Shown here: positions 58,278 through 64,000 of the stretch, one piece after another
Layout: every line of letters starts with the position of its first letter
Position numbering within the stretch: position 1 is the first letter of the stretch
Origin: Thermoproteota archaeon
GTDB taxonomy: Archaea > Korarchaeota > JAOZGF01 > JAOZFZ01
Assembly: GCA_027492035.1 (NCBI GenBank)
Contig: JAOZFT010000004.1
Location: forward strand, 160,001-224,000
Direction of reading: 5' to 3'
Length of the DNA: 64,000 bases
Program-made: the position numbers and the translations under genes
The notes under the pieces: generated by a model
Told to the model about the DNA's origin: nothing
The model's database searches: none
Seen by the model: the letters and a program-made list of their open reading frames with translations, nothing else

Positions 58278-59604
58278 TCATTTTTTACTTTGGGCAAGCT
58301 CTTTTATAGTATCATAAGTATCAAATTCGGGGGCAAGAGCGTCATACCAATTATATTTTTCGTAAGATAATTTGGTTATTTTTCCTTGAGGTCCCATACA
58401 ACCTCCATGAATTGGGTATATGAAAATTATCCCTTTGAGGAAAAGAAATTATCCGCTCTTTTCAAAAATTCATTTGTTTCCTTTATACTTAACTCCTGAC
58501 TAAAAACACCTAATGGGCTTCTCTCCTTTCCTCCATAATCAATGCGAGCAAAGATTGGGATATTGTATTTTTATTAATGATGGTTACAATTTCGTTCCAT
58601 TCTGCTTCATTAAACTGCCCTACCTCTCCTGTTTTTTGATTAAGAATTTCATCAGGAAGCGGACTAGTCATTGCTGCATCCACATTAGATTTTTCCGGGG
58701 CACTAATTCAATAATTTTGCCATCTCTATGTACAACAACCCATGTTATAACAAGAATATATCTCTTCTTATATATTTATGAATCCTCTCCACAAGATTCC
58801 ATATCGCTGTATAACTTTCTTGAACTGCTGGGTGATTTTCATCTTTTGTTATCTCCTTAAGCAAAAATGGTTGCACATATAACATTATCAATCCAGATTG
58901 CATCAACGCCAGCGTCAATTTGTTTGTATATTTTATTTAGAAGAATTTTTTGAAAATCAGGATTGGTAATATCAGGGAAATATGCTTTATAATATCCATG
59001 ATGCGCCATCATCCATTTCAATTCTTCTTCTGAGGGGCAAGGTTCTTTTTTTGATATTACACCCCATCTTTTTGCCCAATAGCATTGCATATCTCTTTTG
59101 CTTACATTTATTCCCCATTTTGGAGGGTCCAATGCCATTTTCCATGCTTTATTTATGCGTTCTGTTTCATTTTTTCCCGAAACATCTTCAATGAAAAGAA
59201 ATTCAGCTTGCACACCTCCGCTAAATATAATATCTGGCATCTCTTTCTTTATCTTAGAAATAGCATTCCTGAGATGTTCATAACTATAGCCATTTTCTTC
59301 GCATTGTCGTCAGTGTTTCTGAGGATAAATCTGAACAATTTTCAGGACAAGGCCACTGGGTTAGCCATCCCTGGAATATAAAATCCGTTTTTGTTTCCTT
59401 GAATATCTTTATGACTTCATCTAACCCTCTGCTTTGAGATATCCTGTCTGTCACCCATCTGTATTGAGAAGCTACCTTAATTTGAGAAAGTTCTGTTGGC
59501 TTGAGCATCTCTTTTGACTCTTTCTGGAATCTAAAACCAATTAACCCAGATGCCAAAATTAAGACCAGAATAACCGCTATTAAAGTTTTATTTTTCATCT
59601 CCAT
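58278..59604 (-). pseudogene. Frameshifted secreted protein gene (possibly glycoside-hydrolase-like), integron cassette
   Basis: Signal peptide at 59604 with SD GGAGGT; successive fragments (DITNPDFQ, GVDAIWID, HPAVQESY, PIFARIDYGG, YPIHGG, WYDALAPEFDTY) joined by several frameshifts; ends at TGA 58278. Confidence 0.75.
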
Positions 59605-59652
59605 AATTTATACCTCCTTTTTTAAAGTCTTTCCAAACGTGCTCGCAATTTC

Positions 59653-59809
59653 GGACAACGTCCCGAGCGTATCTGAGGTCCTGTGAAGGAGGATTTGGGC
59701 GAAGTGCCGGAGGCACGAAGCCAGATATTGAAGAAACAAACGGGAGGTAAACCTGTGCAACTAAAATTTAATCCAGAAGTTCGATACACAACTTCGCCTA
59801 ACAGAGCGT
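59653..59809 (-). repeat. Integron attC-like site 2 with an inverted R'' end
   Basis: Minus strand ends GATACGCTCGGGAC-GTTGTCC (R'); its partner arm GCCTAAC-A-GAGCG lies in the reverse orientation at 59787-59808. Confidence 0.65.
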
Positions 59810-60235
59810 TTTTGCAGCCTCATCCATAAATTGTACGAAGCCTGTGTAATAGTCTTCTTCGTTACGAACTTTTTGCCAAGCCTCTCTAAACGCTGGTTTG
59901 CTCATATAATATTTAATTCCTCTTTCCCATTCTCCCCATAATTCCTTTTCAATCCATTTTTTCTTTTCTTTCAAATAAAATTCCTCAGAACAAAGATCAA
60001 AGTATCGCCGCATAAGTTTCATCAAATCTTCACTTTCTAATCTGTTAACATCGAATTTATCAGATAGTATGTCGTTAGGGAACTGCCAACGAATTTCTGC
60101 ATATCTCCTATTAAATTCAAAATACAGGGTAATCCAGTGCTCTTTTCTGATAAAACGAAAATTTATTATAGCAGTAACCACTGTTCCCAAAAATAGCATA
60201 AAATTGATGACGTTTGAAATATCTAAAGTAACCAT
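59798..60235 (-). CDS. Cassette-type hypothetical protein with N-terminal TM (DUF4760/DUF6082-like)
   Basis: TM helix then YFDLCSEEFYL...LWGEWERGI...FREAW; SD AGGTGA; followed directly by the attC-like site. Confidence 0.75.
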   Translation of the reverse strand: MVTLDISNVINFMLFLGTVVTAIINFRFIRKEHWITLYFEFNRRYAEIRWQFPNDILSDKFDVNRLESEDLMKLMRRYFDLCSEEFYLKEKKKWIEKELWGEWERGIKYYMSKPAFREAWQKVRNEEDYYTGFVQFMDEAAKTLC

Positions 60236-60366
60236 ACTATCACCTGTGTAACTAAATTTCGGTTTTCTTAAATAGATAAAAAATTATTACCCCACTAGTA
60301 AAACCTATTGCTGTGTTTGTTATTATAGAGAGTACAGCAGTTACGTGCATTATAAAATATTTTTTT

Positions 60367-60934
60367 GGCTCTGTTAAGTCTTAGTATGTTAAAAAAAGTT
60401 TGTTAAGATTTGTTTGTTAGGGCTTTCTTGATTAGCCCTAGCTACTTGTTTCTTCCCAGCTCAAATCCTATGTTTAATGCTTATGCTGGTGTCAGCCCTT
60501 TCAGGGAAGAAAGATTGGAAAGAAATAGAAAGAACAAGACACAAATATAGCGATTGGCACCGCAGAGCCTTACCTCGCTGGTGCTACATGACCAATGGAG
60601 ACTAGTTCGAGCAGAGAATAATAGATGGGGAAGTTAGAGTGGTTGCCTACATCGAGACCATAGGAGTTCTAAGGAAGACCGTGGAAAACGCTGACAAGGA
60701 CTACCAGCCTTGAGGGCTTAAACCACACCTCTGTCGTGAAATCGAAGAGAAGATGAACATCCCAGCCTACATAGTCTGGCATAACGAAGATTGCACAGAT
60801 TTCCTAGTTCTAAGGATAACAGAAACAAAACCTAAAAGAATGAATGAAAAACAGTATGTCGAGTTCCTCAAAAAACCTGAAAACCAAACCAAATTTAACA
60901 AACTTTTTTTAACATACTAAGACTTAACAGAGCC
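60367..60934. mobile_element. Non-autonomous 568-bp element with perfect 40-bp terminal inverted repeats (IS6- or IS903-like ends)
   Basis: GGCTCTGTTAAGTCTTAGTATGTTAAAAAAAGTTTGTTAA at 60367-60406 and its exact reverse complement at 60895-60934; no transposase inside; no clear TSD. Confidence 0.9.
60483..60920 (+). pseudogene. Passenger gene, putative PD-(D/E)xK-like nuclease, with two in-frame stops
   Basis: One frame: YSDWHRR..P.WCYMTNGD*FEQR...VVAYIET...YQP*...IPAYIVWH; stops TAG 60603 and TGA 60711. Confidence 0.6.
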
Positions 60935-60945
60935 TTCTTTCTAAA

Positions 60946-61485
60946 CTAGGTTTCTCCATTAAAAATTTGACTTAATCCCTCGGGATCTTCCAAAATAACC
61001 GTAAATTTTTCATTTCCGTCAATAGCCTTAATTATTCTCTTTAGTATTTTCTCAGCTTTTTCCTTTTTTTCCTTGTCCTCATTTAAAACAAGGAAACTCT
61101 CAACGGCTTTTTTCATCCTTAACAAGACCCCCTCGATGTTGGTTAGAAACCATTTGGCTGAAGGGCCTGGAGAAACCTCTATTTCCAATTCAGGGATCTT
61201 AATAGCTGCAAAAGGAGACCTTAATACTTTCACATATAAATCTCTTTGAGAAGTAACTACAAATTTCTGTTTCCTTCTTTCTATCCCCCTACCTGAAGGA
61301 GTTATCAAGTTGGTTTTATAACCGCAATCGCTACACCTAAACGAAACAATTAGGATTCTATCTACGAAAGGGACCATATAGAAAACTTCAAAGAGAATAG
61401 TGTTTTTAGAGCCACAAACTGGACATCTTAGACCCTTTACTTCTTCTTTCCTTTCAACATACTTATTTTCTTCACTAAAACCCAA
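60946..61485 (-). CDS. zpr1: ZPR1-type zinc-finger protein
   Basis: CPVCG, VPF, CSDCGYK, DL.VKVLRS, IPEL, PGP, TNIEGVL, DPEGLS; probable TTG start at 61485. Confidence 0.92.
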   Translation of the reverse strand: MGFSEENKYVERKEEVKGLRCPVCGSKNTILFEVFYMVPFVDRILIVSFRCSDCGYKTNLITPSGRGIERRKQKFVVTSQRDLYVKVLRSPFAAIKIPELEIEVSPGPSAKWFLTNIEGVLLRMKKAVESFLVLNEDKEKKEKAEKILKRIIKAIDGNEKFTVILEDPEGLSQIFNGET

Positions 61486-61689
61486 ATTTTTACACCCTTT
61501 CCCCTTGTCAATTTTAGTAAGGAACAACCTTTAAAAAGGGAATCTCATATAACTCTAAAGGGAAACCTATCCCTCTCCTCTGTTGAATGGAAATTTTTCG
61601 ATTTATGAAGATTGAAAAAGATTTACTTTTTAAAGAATGGTTTAAGTAATCTTGAATTTATCGATTATTAGAAAGAAGGGGGTTCAACT

Positions 61690-61875
61690 TTGGGCAGAAT
61701 AAAGCCTCGGCACATAAAAACATTAGGGAAGAAATTAAGTGAGAAATATGGTGAATTGTTCGTCGCTGATTTTGAAACAAATAAGGAAATACTTGAGAAA
61801 ATAGCTGAATTTCCCGGAAAAAAATTTAAGAACAAATTAGCAGGGTACTTGACAAGAATAAAAAAGAAGAGGTAA
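61690..61875 (+). CDS. rps17e: 30S ribosomal protein S17e
   Basis: MGRIKP..IK, F.ADFETNK, NKLAGYLTR. Confidence 0.96.
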   Translation: MGRIKPRHIKTLGKKLSEKYGELFVADFETNKEILEKIAEFPGKKFKNKLAGYLTRIKKKR

Positions 61876-61878
61876 GAA

Positions 61879-62001
61879 TGGGCCGGGCGGGAGATCCAGA
61901 AAGGGTATGTACCCTCCTCACTTGAACCCGCGACCTAGGGCTTTCTACTCATTAAACAAAACCGAAGGCCCCCGCTCTATTCCTAACTGAGCCACCGGCC
62001 C
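61879..62001 (-). tRNA. tRNA-Arg(TCG) with two introns (37/38 at 61943-61961; T-loop 59/60 at 61893-61920)
   Basis: GGGCCGG/CCGGCCC acceptor, GCTC/GAGC D stem with A20, GGGGC-CTTCGG|A-GCCCT, GCGGG-TTCAAG|T-CCCGC; BHB geometry at both junctions. Confidence 0.9.
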
Positions 62002-62115
62002 ATTAGATGCAGCATCTCACGGAAGAAATTCTCAATTTTTTATTTTCTAGGAAAAAAATTTAAATTTTTACATTTTGTAGGGAACCTATACTTTAGCAGA
62101 GTAAGGTAAAGGGAT

Positions 62116-62754
62116 ATGAATGAGCTTCCTTCTCAAAAAGGCATTTTTGTAACTGTAGATGGGATAGACGGTGCAGGTAGCACTACCATAGCAAAATATA
62201 TAGTTAAATCCCTTAAAAAAAAGGGTTTCAAAGCTATTTACACAAAGGAACCCACAAACACACATATAGGCAAAATTTTAAGGAAAGACCTAGAACTTAA
62301 CTTTTTCTCTCCACAGGTTGAAGCATTACTTTTTGCAGCTGATAGACTGGTTCACCTGAACAAGGAAATAATCCCAGCACTTAAAGACAATTTTATTGTG
62401 GTTTCAGACAGATATGTTGAGTCAAGCATTTGTTACCAATCAGCTCAAGGGATAGACATAAATTGGGTAAAGGAAGTCAACAAATTCGCTTTCAAGCCAC
62501 ATCTAACCCTAATCCTAGATATCTCTCCATCTACTGCAAAAAAAAGAAAGAAAGGGTTTGGGAAAGCGAAATTTGAAAAATTAAAATTTTTAGAGAAGGT
62601 ACGTAAAAACTTCAAAACCAGGGCTTTAAAAGAGGGCTACCTTCTAATAGACGCTGAACAGCCTTTAGAAGAAGTTAAGAAACAAGTAAAAATTCATGTA
62701 CTTACAAAGATTTGGGAGCTAAAAGGACGAAAACCCTCCGCTGGATCATTGTGA
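62116..62754 (+). CDS. tmk: Thymidylate kinase
   Basis: DGIDGAGSTT, KEPT, LLFAADR, SDRY.ESS..YQ. Confidence 0.94.
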   Translation: MNELPSQKGIFVTVDGIDGAGSTTIAKYIVKSLKKKGFKAIYTKEPTNTHIGKILRKDLELNFFSPQVEALLFAADRLVHLNKEIIPALKDNFIVVSDRYVESSICYQSAQGIDINWVKEVNKFAFKPHLTLILDISPSTAKKRKKGFGKAKFEKLKFLEKVRKNFKTRALKEGYLLIDAEQPLEEVKKQVKIHVLTKIWELKGRKPSAGSL

Positions 62755-62771
62755 AACAGTTCAGGGAGGGA

Positions 62772-62899
62772 TGGGGTCGGAGGGATTTGAACCCTCGATC
62801 TACGGGTGCCTTCGAAACAACAGAAACTAATCATCCCTTTTTAGGTCATCGCACCAGTTCTCTGGAGCCCGGCGCCCTACCTGGCTAGGCCACGACCCC
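62772..62899 (-). tRNA. tRNA-Trp(CCA) with a 54-nt canonical intron (62808-62861)
   Basis: GGGGTCG/CGACCCC acceptor, GCCT/GGGC D stem, CCGGG-CTCCAG|A-CCCGT, GAGGG-TTCAAAT-CCCTC. Confidence 0.92.
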
Positions 62900-62958
62900 T
62901 ATACTCTCCCAACCCTGCAAAACTTTAAAGTGAATATTCATTTTTAAAAATTACTCTT

Positions 62959-64000
62959 TCATGTTTTCTGTTTAATTGTCCCAGCAGCTTCATCTAAAGT
63001 CATATATCTCTCCTCTCTTGTCTGTAAATCCTTTAACCTTATTACTCCCTCTCTAATTTCTTTTTCACCCAGGAAAACAGCGAATTTGACCCCCATCTTT
63101 AAACATCTTTCTAACTGGGTTGAAAATGATCTCTCCTGCAAATCAAAATCTGCACTTATCCCCTTTCTCCTCAATTTATAGGTCACCTTCCTTGCAAACT
63201 TTCTGAATTCTTTAGCTACAGGTATTACCAAAACCGAAACGCCAGTTTTAGGTAAAGAAATTATCCGCTTCTGTATTAAAAGGGAAGCTAATCTGGAGAC
63301 ACCGATGGAAATTCCTGTTGCAGGTGTAGGTCTCCCTCCAATAGCTTCAACTAAATTATCATACCTTCCTCCGCCGGCAAAACTACTCCCTCCCTTCTCC
63401 AACCTAAACTCAAAAATCAAGCTTGTGTAGTAATCAAGTCCCCGTGCAAGCGTCAAGTCAAACTTGATTTTCCCATTCATTCCCTCATCCAGCAATATTT
63501 TCAGAAACTCCTTTGTTTCTGAAAATCCTGAATCAATACTTCTCTCCTTTTCCTCAAAATGCCTTTCTAAAATATCTATTTTTTCCTCCTCCTCTTCAAC
63601 TTTCCTAAGGTTGTCTGTCAATCTAAAGAAATCTTTCACGGTTTTATGTGATAATCCTGCTTCCAACATTTCTTTTTCAACTTCAACTAAAGGCTTCTTT
63701 TCAATTTTATCCACAGCCCTGCAAGCTGCCAAAAACCTTTCTTCAGATTCGGTTTCTTCACCGAAAAAGGCCTTCAAAATTTTCCTGTTGTTCACCTTCA
63801 CAACGAAGCTTTTCAAACCTAACTCTTCCAAAACAGTTGAAACAGCTAAAACACATTCGGCGTCAGCCTCAACCGATTTAATACCCAAAATATCAACATC
63901 AGCTTGCCAAAACTCCCTCCACCTTTCTCTCGACTTGACTTCCTCATATCTCCAAACAGGGCCAAACGTAAATCTTTTAAAGGGAAGCTTCAAATTCTTC
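62959..64000 (-). CDS. hisS: Histidyl-tRNA synthetase (5' part outside the window)
   Basis: Motif 2 WRYE...RWREFWQAD, LARGLDYYT, GGGRYDNL, GISIGVSR, anticodon-binding domain; frame open to the window edge. Confidence 0.96.
   Translation of the reverse strand, partial: KNLKLPFKRFTFGPVWRYEEVKSRERWREFWQADVDILGIKSVEADAECVLAVSTVLEELGLKSFVVKVNNRKILKAFFGEETESEERFLAACRAVDKIEKKPLVEVEKEMLEAGLSHKTVKDFFRLTDNLRKVEEEEEKIDILERHFEEKERSIDSGFSETKEFLKILLDEGMNGKIKFDLTLARGLDYYTSLIFEFRLEKGGSSFAGGGRYDNLVEAIGGRPTPATGISIGVSRLASLLIQKRIISLPKTGVSVLVIPVAKEFRKFARKVTYKLRRKGISADFDLQERSFSTQLERCLKMGVKFAVFLGEKEIREGVIRLKDLQTREERYMTLDEAAGTIKQKT

Noticed and set aside
58063-58281. 72-aa minus-strand ORF
   Set aside because: It runs through the attC palindrome and has no recognisable motifs
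60603-60713. Pyrrolysine or selenocysteine recoding of the TAG and TGA in the passenger gene
   Set aside because: Two different stops, both one step from TGG, and TAG/TGA end normal genes throughout the window
1-64000. CRISPR arrays, rRNA, SRP or RNase P RNA
   Set aside because: No regularly spaced repeats; GC-rich non-coding stretches are accounted for by tRNAs and attC-like sites

Overview
Low-GC archaeal chromosome segment, probably a TACK-type lineage (crenactin, Elf1, histone, RPA and PolD large subunit together). It is mostly core information-processing genes: a cdc6-RFC-GINS-MCM-Hel308 replication cluster, a tRNA-maturation cluster, and translation, transcription and exosome operons. 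There are four tRNAs (Pro-GGG, Glu-CTC, Arg-TCG, Trp-CCA); three carry five BHB introns in total, two at non-canonical D-loop or T-loop sites. Structure not captured by the ORF track: (1) an ORB-repeat replication origin at ~44.07-44.49 kb, ~42 kb from cdc6, beside an orphan protein resembling a stand-alone Cdc6 winged-helix domain; (2) a decayed integron-cassette array with two attC sites and no integrase at 58.06-60.25 kb, one attC apparently broken by a 22-24 bp micro-inversion; (3) a 568-bp element with perfect 40-bp TIRs carrying a nuclease-like pseudogene; (4) an Arcade-like locus of crenactin, a Zn-hook SMC ATPase and an unannotated 53-aa ORF; (5) two core genes (hel308, METTL5-like) whose conserved N-termini have no ATG/GTG/TTG and probably start at ATA/ATT; (6) a mini-intein in Hel308; (7) an unannotated Sec61beta gene. 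All calls come from reading the sequence by eye; no searches were run.
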